Shown piece by piece: positions 15,482-24,746 of a DNA stretch of 25,573 bases. The stretch is from positions 1 through 25,573 of the IMG/VR virus record IMGVR_UViG_3300010361_000404; one strand, written 5' to 3'. Numbering within the stretch: the first letter of the stretch is position 1; the number at the start of each line of letters is the position of its first letter. Made by a program: the position numbers and the translations under genes. The stretch comes from a virus (lineage: Duplodnaviria > Caudoviricetes). Under the pieces are notes generated by a model. That model made no database searches. It worked only from the letters and a program-made list of their open reading frames with translations, and was not told the origin of the DNA.

Positions 15482-15750
15482 TCGTTTGGTTCCTGTTTGG
15501 TTGGCCGCAAGCCAGCAAGCTTGCGCACGTTCGCGACGCGCCGGCCTTCAGGGCCGGTTAGCGTGTCCCAGGCCATGTCGCAGATTTCACAATATGCTCG
15601 ATGCACCTGAGTGTTGGGATCGCTGTTAACGAGAGCACCATTGCCATCGTAAATAGGCGTCCATTCCTTGATGGGTTCAGCAATCGCCGAGAAATAAGTG
15701 ATGCGGCAGTCTTCGGGATTGGCGGGACATTGGGGATTAGGATCGGGCAT
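15478..15750 (-). CDS. Hypothetical Cys-containing protein (90 aa)
   Basis: CPANPEDC...CEIC motifs; starts 9 nt downstream of the tailspike stop. Confidence 0.65.
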   Translation of the reverse strand: MPDPNPQCPANPEDCRITYFSAIAEPIKEWTPIYDGNGALVNSDPNTQVHRAYCEICDMAWDTLTGPEGRRVANVRKLAGLRPTKQEPNE

Positions 15751-15759
15751 GTAAAACCC

Positions 15760-18700
15760 TCATGGCACGTTGTTGGCATAGACCATCGTTGGCCGTGTTG
15801 CGGGCAACGTGACGGTGCGCCCGCCGAATGAGTTGCCGGTGACGACATGCGCGCCATCGCTGACGATCTGCACGACCGGCCCGCTGCCGCCCGCCGCTGG
15901 CGCGAAGCGGTTATCAGTCAACGTTATGTAGGCGCCGGTATTGATCTGAAAGAACGGTTTGGTCGTCACGAGGCCGTTCGGGATATTGATCCGCATCCCG
16001 GTTGCCTGCACCTCGGTCGGGCCGTTCACCCCGAAAGCCTGCACGCCCAACATATCGGCGGGCATATCCCAGCGTCCGCCGACAATCTGGCAAACGATGA
16101 AGAATCCGGCGGCGGGCGATAGCAACAGGAAACCGTTAGTAAGCGCGACGGCAGCGAAGAACCAGGCATCACCAATTGTAATACGCCCGCCGCTCATAAC
16201 GATCGGATTGACGCTCGCGGACGCGGCAGTGAAATAGCAGCTTGCAAGCTGAATGTAGCCGTCCGTCATATTGATGCCGTTGGTCGTGTCGAAAGCGACA
16301 TTCGAGAATGTGCCGAATGTCGGGTTGCCGCTGCCATCGCGGGTCAGGATCATCCCCTGGCCGGTGTAGAATAAGCAGTTGGACACTTGCAGATCGTCAC
16401 AGCGCGCGGAGCGGATGCCGACCCCCCCAGTCGATCCTGACAGATAGATGGTCGTTTGGTTGGCGGTAAGCGTGTCAGGTTCAAAGCGGCAATTGTCAAC
16501 GGTAACGGTGTCGGCGGAACCGTTGATGTTTATGTGGTCGTTAAAGGCGGACAGTTCGCAATCGGCGATCGTCGTCCCGCCGGGATTGCCAAACAGCATG
16601 AATGCGGTCATTGCGGCGGTGATCTTCAGGCCACGAAAGAGCTGGCGCGCGGAATTGTTGGTGTAGAATGCCGGCGGATAATTCGTCAGGCTGCCTTTAA
16701 CCGTCGTGTCGGGTTGGATGAAGTTGATTGAGAAATCGCGGAACTGCGGCCCTGGCAGCAATAGCGAGCTGGTTACGAACACGCCGGTCGCCGACAGGTT
16801 GAACGTCGCGCCGATCTGGATCGCACTCGACACCTTGCCGTCGCCATAGATCAATTGCCCAGCCGCCGAGCAAGTTATCTGATCGAGGATAATGTAAGGC
16901 GTAGCCGAGTCAGGGATATGCACCGGCAAGCCGGTGGCGATCGCATTGCGAAATGCCGTTGTGTCGTTGGTCGTTCCGTCGCCTTTCGCGCCGAACCATT
17001 TGACCGACACCGGATCGCCGGCCATTTCGCGATACCAGCGGCGCCCGGAGGCATCGACGATGATCGTCCCGCCGTTGTCGGCGCTGGTGGTGTCGGTCGA
17101 GACATAGACGAACATGCCTTCGCCACCGTCCGCGTCGGCGGCATAGCCGCGCACCCAGATCGGCGTGACGCTCACCGTGGTGTTAGCGCGCAGTGCGGCA
17201 ATCGTCGCGAGCGGCACGACGGTGGTCCGATCGACATATTGTTTAGTGGCGCAACCAAGAGCATTAACTGGATCACCAGATAACAAAATTCCCGTTCCTG
17301 CTGGCATCGTTAAACCAGCAGTAGTCCACGGGAATACCACATTCCCATTAACAACCATGTTCAATGTGCCGCTAGTGATACTAAACCCATATGTCGTGCT
17401 AAACAGCGCAATGTGTTTTGATAAGTCTGTCGCGGTTGCGACTGTGCCGGTCGTGAAGTTCTGCCCGACAGTGGCGATGGTCACGCCACCATTAAAAGTT
17501 GTTAGTCCGGAACTACGAAGGATAGAGAGGGCATTCCCGAGACTAGTTCCGGTGTCACTGAACCGAGTGACGATTAAATCGCTCCCGGCATTAGAGCCGC
17601 CTTCAGCGCTAGCATTCGCGGTAATGCCCCATCGGTTCCCGCCTCCCGTGGTTTGAAGATAGAGGCTACGATTTGTGGCTGCGGGATTAGTGACGGTAAT
17701 CGCTCCGTTTGAAACATATAAATTGTAATTGGAGAAACCAACACGCCCCGATCCGAATCCTATGCCGCTGCTATAGCCTACGGGATTGAACTCGATGAAC
17801 CCTTGATCTGAAACGTCGGTCGTCAGCTGAATGCGCTTTGATGCTGTGGTCCAGCCGGTTCCGGCGGCGTTGCGCCATTCGATGACCCTTAGCTGCGAAC
17901 TATTGGTGTTCGAGTTCGAGGTCATTAACGTTTGCATCCAGCCAACAATCTGAATGCTCGCGCCGCTGGCGACGCCCGTGCTTGTGACGTTCGCGCTTAG
18001 TGTGATCGTCGTCGCATCAAAGGCGGTAATAACAGCGTTGTTCGGGATATTAGTCCCGTAGACATATTGCCCATTAGCGACGCCCGTTGTGGCGGCGAAG
18101 GTCAGCACGTTGCCGGAAGCGGTCGCGGCTGTTGTGACAAGTGTCTGCGGACCAGACTGATTAAGCTGATTCGTGTTGCCGAATCTGACCCCGTTCGTGG
18201 GATCACTAGAGTTTATGAGCCATGATGTATTTGTCCCGGTGACAGCGCCCGCGTTCAGCGTGACATTGCCGGTGCTTGACGTAGTCAGGCTGGCGCCAGC
18301 CGGGAACACCAAGCTGGTGCTAGTGAAAGGCCACGCTACGCCATTAGCAACGACATTCAACGTGTTGCTAGTGATGCTGAAACCAAAGGTCGTGGAAAAC
18401 AGCGCGATATGTCTGGACAGATCGGTCGCCCCGCCAGGGGCGACCGTGCCACCAAAACTTAACCCGCCGGACATAGCCCCGCCGGTCGTCAACAGTCCGC
18501 TGACGCCGGTCACGTCGGCACTGGTCAGCGTGACCGCGCCCGTGCGCGTGTTGAAACTCGACACGCTGCCAGCGAGGCCATTGTCCACATACTGTTTGGT
18601 GGCCGCACCCAATGCCGTCGTGGGGTCGGCTGCGAGTATCATCGACCCGGAAATCGTTACCGTTGTGTTGGTGATTCTTATCCCGCAAGCCCCCGTGTTG

Positions 18701-19107
18701 TTCCAAGTTGATAGGGATAAGACGCCGGTATTGATTGCGGAGCCGCTCGCCACAAGCGCCAGATCACCAGCGCGGTTGATCGCGTTAAATGATCCAGAAC
18801 TAATGTTCGGAATTAAAGCAACGCTGCCGTTCGCTCCCGCGTTCGCCGAGAACGCGGAGGTTGCGCTAGGGGCACTGGTATTTTGATTGACTCGAATGGT
18901 GCCGGTGACAGTGCCGCCTGTTAGCGGCAGAAAATTCCCGAGACCTCCGGCTGCAACGATCGAGGTCGCGTTGCCCCCGGTGTTGCCCTTGCCATACCAG
19001 AGCGTGTCGTCCTGCTCATTATAGGCAAGCTCGCTGGCGAACAACGAGGCCGGCGCACCTGCCGCACCACCGACAGCGCGGCGCCTGATGCGGATCGTAT
19101 CGACCAT
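15760..19107 (-). CDS. Tailspike / putative polysaccharide depolymerase (1115 aa)
   Basis: Mtd_N-like N-terminus (RIRRR...GAPASL...ELAYNE), ATKQYVD fibre repeats, and SVKWFGAKGDGTTNDTTAFRNAI starting a pectate-lyase-3-like beta-helix. Confidence 0.85.
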   Translation of the reverse strand: MVDTIRIRRRAVGGAAGAPASLFASELAYNEQDDTLWYGKGNTGGNATSIVAAGGLGNFLPLTGGTVTGTIRVNQNTSAPSATSAFSANAGANGSVALIPNISSGSFNAINRAGDLALVASGSAINTGVLSLSTWNNTGACGIRITNTTVTISGSMILAADPTTALGAATKQYVDNGLAGSVSSFNTRTGAVTLTSADVTGVSGLLTTGGAMSGGLSFGGTVAPGGATDLSRHIALFSTTFGFSITSNTLNVVANGVAWPFTSTSLVFPAGASLTTSSTGNVTLNAGAVTGTNTSWLINSSDPTNGVRFGNTNQLNQSGPQTLVTTAATASGNVLTFAATTGVANGQYVYGTNIPNNAVITAFDATTITLSANVTSTGVASGASIQIVGWMQTLMTSNSNTNSSQLRVIEWRNAAGTGWTTASKRIQLTTDVSDQGFIEFNPVGYSSGIGFGSGRVGFSNYNLYVSNGAITVTNPAATNRSLYLQTTGGGNRWGITANASAEGGSNAGSDLIVTRFSDTGTSLGNALSILRSSGLTTFNGGVTIATVGQNFTTGTVATATDLSKHIALFSTTYGFSITSGTLNMVVNGNVVFPWTTAGLTMPAGTGILLSGDPVNALGCATKQYVDRTTVVPLATIAALRANTTVSVTPIWVRGYAADADGGEGMFVYVSTDTTSADNGGTIIVDASGRRWYREMAGDPVSVKWFGAKGDGTTNDTTAFRNAIATGLPVHIPDSATPYIILDQITCSAAGQLIYGDGKVSSAIQIGATFNLSATGVFVTSSLLLPGPQFRDFSINFIQPDTTVKGSLTNYPPAFYTNNSARQLFRGLKITAAMTAFMLFGNPGGTTIADCELSAFNDHININGSADTVTVDNCRFEPDTLTANQTTIYLSGSTGGVGIRSARCDDLQVSNCLFYTGQGMILTRDGSGNPTFGTFSNVAFDTTNGINMTDGYIQLASCYFTAASASVNPIVMSGGRITIGDAWFFAAVALTNGFLLLSPAAGFFIVCQIVGGRWDMPADMLGVQAFGVNGPTEVQATGMRINIPNGLVTTKPFFQINTGAYITLTDNRFAPAAGGSGPVVQIVSDGAHVVTGNSFGGRTVTLPATRPTMVYANNVP

Positions 19108-21402
19108 TCAGAAGGTTCCGCAGTCGAGTGTAATGCCGTCGATTGTGCCGCCGGTGATCGCGACGGCGGTCGCATTCTGCGTTGACATGGTGCCTAGGCC
19201 GGTTATCGCGGTGGATGGAATTGTCGCGCTCGCGGTCATCGCGCCCGTGCCGTTGCCCTGGACATAGCCGGTCAGCGTTGCAGCTCCAGTGCCACCATAG
19301 GGCACCGTGACCATGGCGCCGTTCCAAGAGCCGACCGTGATCGTGCCAAGTGTGGTGATGGTGCTCTGGCCGACATAGGTCGCGGCAATATCAACCGAAG
19401 CGCCCACGGTGATGCGGTTCGCGGTGCCGACAACCGAGAGCACGTTGCCGGCTTTTGACAGACCGTTGCCGGCTGTGATCTGGCCGGCAGCGCTAAACTG
19501 CACCCAGGTGATCGGGGTGGTGCCAAGCGTGCCGCCGGGGTCGGACGAGCAAAGCCAGCCGGTGTCGGCGTTGACGGTGCCCTGCTCGATGAAGACATAG
19601 GTGGCCGGGACCTCGGACCAATTGTTCATATCCGCCGAGCGCGTCCAGGCGCCGGCCGCGACGACATAAATACCATTGTTCGCTGCGGTGGTCTGATCCT
19701 TGACCAAAACGCGACTGCCGGCGACGAGGGCCACGCCATCGATGGTTTGCGTGCCCGAGAGTGTGATATTCGCGCCAACGGTCGCGGCGAGACACGCCTG
19801 CGAAGCATTCAGTCCTAAAATGGAATTATCAACATAGTTTTTGGTCGCTGCATCTTGCGGGTTAACGGGATCGAGCAGGTTCTGCAGGGCCTGATTGTTC
19901 CAGCTCACCGCAGCGGTCGGCACGGCTTGCTGATCCTGCCGAACACTCATCGCAAACTGTGTCGTCGCCAATGTCGTGTTGTTGGTGCCCGAGGCTTGCG
20001 TAATGCCGGTGGTGCCGGTCGGCAGCGACGGTGTGCCGGTAAACACTGGCGACGCGAGCGGCGCATAACCGGAGATGGTGGCGCCGGCTGGAATGGTGAC
20101 AACGCCCGTAAATGTGGGGTTATTGATCGGTGCGCGCGAGGTGTCGGTGGGGTGCACATGGTCGCCGCGCGCGTATGTCGCCAATACGCCCGTCGCCGCA
20201 GCGCCGTCCATGATTGGCGTTGTCGAGGACGCAACGGGCACCTGCGCGATGACGAAGGCGGTGGTCGCAATCTGCGTGGTGTTGGTGCCGACCGTCGCAG
20301 TAGGTGCCAGCGGTATGCCGGTGAAGCTGGGGGACGCTATCGGTGCCGCGCCGAGCAGCGTCATCACCTGCGCAACGGTAAGATCGGCCGCGTTCGCGGT
20401 GGCGCCAGTATTGTTACCCTTCAGCGTGTTGGTTGCCATCTGCGCGGCGAGCGCATTGGTGATGCCGTTGGTGGCGACGCTGACGGTCACCGCACCAGTG
20501 CCGCCACCTGTTAGGCCGGTGCCAGCGGTCACCGAGGTGACCCCGGTGGCGAGACCCGACACCACGCTTTGCACAAAAGCGGTGGTGGCAATCTGCGTGG
20601 TGTTGGTCGTCGAGATAGGGGTGGGCGCGGCGGGAATGCCGGTGAATGTCGGCGAGGCAAGCGGCGCATAACCGCTGATCGATGCGCCGGCTGGGATGGT
20701 GACAGTGCCAGTGAAGGTTGGCGAGGCAAGCGGCGCTGCGCCCAGCAACGTCATCGCTTGCGCAGCGGTCAGGTCGGCCGCGTTCGCTGTCGAGACAGAG
20801 TTATTCCCCTTCAGCGTCATGGTCGGCATCTGCGCGGCGAGTGCGTTGGTGATGCCGTTGGTGGCGACACTGACGGTCACCGCACCAGTGCCGCCACCTG
20901 TCAGCCCAGCACCGGCCGTGACCGATGTCACACCAACGTTGACCGCGCTAATGGCGCTGGTCACAAATTGCGTGGTGGCAAGCTGCGTCGTGTTGGTGCC
21001 GGCCGTCGCGGTGGGTGCGGCAGGCACGCCCGTGAACGTTGGCGAAGCAAGCGGCGCATAACCGCTGATCGAGGCGCCGGTCGGGATCGTCACCACGCCC
21101 GTGAATGTCGGACTGTTAATCGGTGCGCGCGAGGTGTCGGTGGGGTGCACATGGTCACCACGCGCCCACAGCGCCGCGCTGCCGGCCGATGCGGCGCCGT
21201 TCATCGCTGGATTGCTGGTGTAGGCGAGGCCCTGGCCGGCTATCGGCGCGATGACGCTCGCGCTGCCACCGCTGCCGCCCGTGCCCTCGCCGTAATAGAG
21301 CGTATGGTCCACCTCGTTATAGGCAAGCTCCGCGTTCGCCAGCGATGCCGGCGCGCCGGGTAGGCCGGTGACGCGGCGACGGATGCGGAGCGTGTCGGCC
21401 AT
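19108..21402 (-). CDS. Repeat-rich tail fibre protein (764 aa)
   Basis: Same Mtd_N-like N-terminus, multiple APLASPTFTG.P.APT...NTTQ.ATT.FV repeats, an ITLSGTQTIDGVALVAGSRVLVKDQT...NGIYVV...WTRSAD domain, and a LDCGTF C-terminus. Confidence 0.88.
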   Translation of the reverse strand: MADTLRIRRRVTGLPGAPASLANAELAYNEVDHTLYYGEGTGGSGGSASVIAPIAGQGLAYTSNPAMNGAASAGSAALWARGDHVHPTDTSRAPINSPTFTGVVTIPTGASISGYAPLASPTFTGVPAAPTATAGTNTTQLATTQFVTSAISAVNVGVTSVTAGAGLTGGGTGAVTVSVATNGITNALAAQMPTMTLKGNNSVSTANAADLTAAQAMTLLGAAPLASPTFTGTVTIPAGASISGYAPLASPTFTGIPAAPTPISTTNTTQIATTAFVQSVVSGLATGVTSVTAGTGLTGGGTGAVTVSVATNGITNALAAQMATNTLKGNNTGATANAADLTVAQVMTLLGAAPIASPSFTGIPLAPTATVGTNTTQIATTAFVIAQVPVASSTTPIMDGAAATGVLATYARGDHVHPTDTSRAPINNPTFTGVVTIPAGATISGYAPLASPVFTGTPSLPTGTTGITQASGTNNTTLATTQFAMSVRQDQQAVPTAAVSWNNQALQNLLDPVNPQDAATKNYVDNSILGLNASQACLAATVGANITLSGTQTIDGVALVAGSRVLVKDQTTAANNGIYVVAAGAWTRSADMNNWSEVPATYVFIEQGTVNADTGWLCSSDPGGTLGTTPITWVQFSAAGQITAGNGLSKAGNVLSVVGTANRITVGASVDIAATYVGQSTITTLGTITVGSWNGAMVTVPYGGTGAATLTGYVQGNGTGAMTASATIPSTAITGLGTMSTQNATAVAITGGTIDGITLDCGTF
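20126..21156. repeat. Internal direct repeats in the fibre gene (390-bp tandem duplication; 38-bp exact repeat 993 bp apart)
   Basis: 20438-20511 is nearly identical to 20828-20901. ATCGGTGCGCGCGAGGTGTCGGTGGGGTGCACATGGTC occurs at 20126 and 21119. Confidence 0.85.
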
Positions 21403-21840
21403 TTAGAAATTCCCCCCATCGAGCACGTCGCCATCGAGGGCGAGCACGGGCGACCAGGTGCTGTTTTTGCGGCCGTATGATGTGCTGTTAGCCGGCGCGT
21501 CAGGCAGGCTGGAGCGTGCTTGCAAATCCTCGATTTCCTGCTTCGCGAACATGAAATTATCCCTCACGGATTGCGTGGTTGGCGTGCCGTAAACCGGATA
21601 AGCGGGATTGATCTGCGAGGTGTATTGCGTAGGCGCGGGCGGTGGTGGTGCCGCCACCTCTGTGACGGCTGGTGCACGAGGTTGCAGCCGGTCGGTCTGT
21701 GGTGGCGCCTCTGGCGTGGCACGCGCGATGTATGGCCGGCGACGCTGCCGCTTTGCAGGCGCAGCCGGCGCGTGCGTGGTGGCCGGCAGCGGCGGGCGCG
21801 AGGATGGTGGAGCTGGCCGGCGCCTTGTGCGTGTTCTCAT
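21403..21840 (-). CDS. Putative fibre adaptor: disordered N-terminus, short coiled coil, fibritin-foldon-like motif, C-terminal LDGGNF (145 aa)
   Basis: SVRDNFMFAKQEIEDLQAR followed by LPDAPANSTSYGRKNSTW, comparable to the T4 foldon IPEAPRDGQAYVRKDGEW. ATGA-coupled to gp48. Confidence 0.65.
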   Translation of the reverse strand: MRTRTRRRPAPPSSRPPLPATTHAPAAPAKRQRRRPYIARATPEAPPQTDRLQPRAPAVTEVAAPPPPAPTQYTSQINPAYPVYGTPTTQSVRDNFMFAKQEIEDLQARSSLPDAPANSTSYGRKNSTWSPVLALDGDVLDGGNF

Positions 21841-22502
21841 ATGCCCTTATCCCACGGCTCTGATTCACCTGCGTCCCAGATCGAGGCGCCGCGATCCCAC
21901 ACGGTGCCGGCACCAAATCGCCAGATCACATTGGTATGCGCTGGCGCGTAGCGCTCGATTAGGCAGATCAGTGTTTGATTGCCCCACGATGCCAGCGGCT
22001 CGCCGGCAGTCGATATGCCGGCGCGGAAATACACCACCGTGGTTGTCGGCGCCGTCACTCGCCAGTAATAGGTCCACTCGCTGCTATAAACACGGTCGCC
22101 GGCTCGATTGACGCCTGCGCGGAACGGCGCGAATTGCTCGATGGTGATCTGATAGCCGGCCGCTGCCGCAAGATCGATGAAATACTGCACGCTCTGGCCA
22201 CCGCGCGCGCTGAATTTAGCACATACCGCCTGCTGCCTTTGCTGGATCGTGTCCAGCTCGCCGATGCAGGAATCTGGCAGCCCTAATGAGGCTTCCCATT
22301 CCGGCAGCAATTCGGTGGTGGAGCAGGGAAATATCTGCGCGATAAGATCGTTTAGCCGGCCGTGCAGCCGCGCCCATTGCGGCATGAGGGTGAGCAGCAA
22401 TTGATCTTGCAGCGTGCCCCAGCCGCGATGCCAGATGCGCCCGCGAGGCAGCAGCCGCTGGAATTGCCAGAGGTAATCGGACGCGCTGTAGACCGGGAGC
22501 AC
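21837..22502 (-). CDS. Baseplate wedge protein, Mu gp48 / YmfQ (DUF2313) family (221 aa)
   Basis: DYLWQFQRLLPRGRIW...TTELLPEWEASLGLPDSC...GGQSVQYFIDLA...LIERYAPAHT. GTG start overlaps the gp47 stop. Confidence 0.92.
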   Translation of the reverse strand: MLPVYSASDYLWQFQRLLPRGRIWHRGWGTLQDQLLLTLMPQWARLHGRLNDLIAQIFPCSTTELLPEWEASLGLPDSCIGELDTIQQRQQAVCAKFSARGGQSVQYFIDLAAAAGYQITIEQFAPFRAGVNRAGDRVYSSEWTYYWRVTAPTTTVVYFRAGISTAGEPLASWGNQTLICLIERYAPAHTNVIWRFGAGTVWDRGASIWDAGESEPWDKGI

Positions 22503-23614
22503 TAGCTGACCGTGAGAGTGCCCATCACCGGCAGCGATCCTGTCGGCAGCACCACCTCTGCGGTGGGCGAGGCGACGGTAAAATGATTGATGCCGGGGGT
22601 GCTCAAAATCGCCTCGTAGATATCTGACGGATAGATGGTGCCGCTCACCTGTCCGACAGCAGCCAGCATGTCGCTGATCGATGCCGTGATTTCGGCTTGC
22701 ATGTCGCTGGTGTTTGGATCGAGCGTCAGCAGCGACACATCGATGGCGTGTGGCACTGGTGCGGCGACATACACCAGCGCGGTCACCGGCTGTCGGGTCC
22801 AGAGATAGTTGGCAACGGTGAGCTGATCGCCCGTCGCGACCGGCCCGCGTGTCTCGGCTGTCGCGCAACCATCGGTGCCCTGGGGAAAGCCACCACTGGC
22901 CGCGTTGGCATCATCAAACATTGGATAGACCACGACGGTGCCTGGACCCCAGCCATTCGGCAGCACCCAGGCGCGTGTGCACCCCGGCACCTCGGTGGCC
23001 CATTCGATATAGTCGGCAGCGGCGCCGCCCTGCGGTGGGTCGCGATAGCGGAGCAGCATCCGCGTGCGCAATTCGTCGTTGGTTTCCTGATCGGCGCCGC
23101 CCGTTGTCGGCTGCGTGGTGATGCCGGCGGAATTCACGCCGGGGACGGGTGACGATATCGAGATAGCGGTGCCCGCCGCACAGTTGGTCGCGGCACCAGA
23201 CACCTGCGCCGTCATAGGCACCACCACGGTGCCGGTGGCGTCCAGCGTGCCATCGGCCGTGGTGGCGTATGGCGTGCCGTCCTGGCGCACCAGAGGCGTG
23301 CCAGCCGGCATGATAACGGTGGGCTGGCCGGTAAACTGCGCGAAGCCGGAAGCCGGCGAGGCATCTTTGCGGGTGATGCCGACAAGCGCGGCCCATGCCT
23401 CCAGATATTCGTCGGTCGCGGTGAACGGCACGCCCATGCGGGCGATCCAGTCAGCGTAGCCATAGACCGAATACGCCAGCCCCGACATGCACCACGCGAG
23501 CACACGCAGCACCGCGTTTCGCAGCAAGCCATCGAGGCCCGGCACACCGCTGGTGGTGATATCCTGCACTGCCTGATTGCGCAGCGCAGTGAGCGTCGGT
23601 CGCGCGAAAGGCAT
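22502..23614 (-). CDS. Baseplate J / Mu gp47 family protein
   Basis: MPFARPTLTALR...GGADQETNDELRTRML...PPQGGAAADYIEWATEVPGCTRAWV...GPGTVVV. Confidence 0.95.
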   Translation of the reverse strand: MPFARPTLTALRNQAVQDITTSGVPGLDGLLRNAVLRVLAWCMSGLAYSVYGYADWIARMGVPFTATDEYLEAWAALVGITRKDASPASGFAQFTGQPTVIMPAGTPLVRQDGTPYATTADGTLDATGTVVVPMTAQVSGAATNCAAGTAISISSPVPGVNSAGITTQPTTGGADQETNDELRTRMLLRYRDPPQGGAAADYIEWATEVPGCTRAWVLPNGWGPGTVVVYPMFDDANAASGGFPQGTDGCATAETRGPVATGDQLTVANYLWTRQPVTALVYVAAPVPHAIDVSLLTLDPNTSDMQAEITASISDMLAAVGQVSGTIYPSDIYEAILSTPGINHFTVASPTAEVVLPTGSLPVMGTLTVS

Positions 23615-24210
23615 TAGCGGCGCACCCTACTGACAGGTGGCAAGAGCAGCATCTGCGGGGCCGGCGTGCCGATGGTGAGCGTGGCGAGATTGTCCCACGC
23701 CCAGGCATAGGTGAATCGCGTCATGGTGCTGTCAGGCTTGGTGATGATGACAAGAATGCCCAGGAACGTGCTGCCCACGGCATTGCCCAGCCATTGCGTG
23801 TCCACCTCGATGCTCTGCGCCACGCCATCGTCAATCAGCCATTGCAAAGCATCGGCCGTATAGCGGCGCGCCAGTCCCAGCGTGTCGCGGGTTTTCTTGG
23901 CGCGCTCCAACTGCCAGAGATTCGAACCTAGCGGCAGATCGTTATACGGATCGGCCCACCAGCCGCGCCGATCGCTGGTGCCGTCTGTCGGCGCAAAATC
24001 CGGTGTCGCCAGCTTGTCGGTGAATAGTGAGACAAGGCAGGCGGTTTCTAAATCCTGCCCGGTCTGCAAATCGCCTAGCGCCAGCACCCAGTCGCCCAGC
24101 GTATTGAGATTGTCCCAGAGCACCAGCACATCGCCGCTGGCGTTTGCCGCCGGCAGCACGGCATCGGGCACCACCAGGGGGAGGCCGAGCGCCTCGATCC
24201 AGCCGCTCAT
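23614..24210 (-). CDS. Mu gp46-family baseplate protein
   Basis: DLETACLVSLFTD...RRGWWAD...LGSNLWQLERAK...ALQWLIDDGVA. Confidence 0.93.
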   Translation of the reverse strand: MSGWIEALGLPLVVPDAVLPAANASGDVLVLWDNLNTLGDWVLALGDLQTGQDLETACLVSLFTDKLATPDFAPTDGTSDRRGWWADPYNDLPLGSNLWQLERAKKTRDTLGLARRYTADALQWLIDDGVAQSIEVDTQWLGNAVGSTFLGILVIITKPDSTMTRFTYAWAWDNLATLTIGTPAPQMLLLPPVSRVRR

Positions 24211-24746
24211 GTGCCTGCCTCTGGCGGATCGGTCGGCTGCTCACCGTCGCCGCGTGAGTCGCTGCCTTGGGTGTGCCGGTGCGTCTGCAAGCCCACCTGA
24301 TCGCTGCCGCCATAGCCGGCGATGACGGCGCCTTGCACGTGCAGATCACCAGTCACCACCACCAGCGGCGCATCGATGGTGACGGTGCCGGTGGTGGTAA
24401 TATCGATGTGGTGATTGCGATGCAGTGCAATGGTGTCGCCTTCATCGGTGTAGATCACCACCTCGCCCTGCTTGGTGTCGCGCGGCCGCGCGCTCGGATC
24501 ATTGGTGGCCACGGCAATGCCCCTGGAGCGGTCGCCGGTCACGAAAAGCACATGCGCATGGGCTGATGGCTTGGCGTGCGAGGCGAAGCCGTAAAGCTGC
24601 ATCACCGGCACCCCGTCGAGCATTTCGCGCGGTGTCAGGTGGATCTGCACGCGGTGGATGCCGTCGCTGTCATCGGTGGCGTGGATGACGCCCACCGCAT
24701 TCATCATGTTCGCCTTGCGCAGAATGCGCTCTTGATTGCTGCTCAT
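24207..24746 (-). CDS. Baseplate spike, Mu gp45 / gpV family
   Basis: QLYGFASH...GDRSRGIAVA...GEVVIY, with a C-terminal HRH metal-binding tip motif. Confidence 0.92.
   Translation of the reverse strand: MSSNQERILRKANMMNAVGVIHATDDSDGIHRVQIHLTPREMLDGVPVMQLYGFASHAKPSAHAHVLFVTGDRSRGIAVATNDPSARPRDTKQGEVVIYTDEGDTIALHRNHHIDITTTGTVTIDAPLVVVTGDLHVQGAVIAGYGGSDQVGLQTHRHTQGSDSRGDGEQPTDPPEAGT

Noticed and set aside
14251-15750. Mu/Gin-type invertible tail-fibre cassette
   Set aside because: No serine invertase, no inverted fibre gene copy and no flanking inverted repeats were seen.
15760-21402. Diversity-generating retroelement suggested by Mtd_N-like domains
   Set aside because: No reverse transcriptase, and no template/variable repeat pair differing only at adenines is visible in the window.
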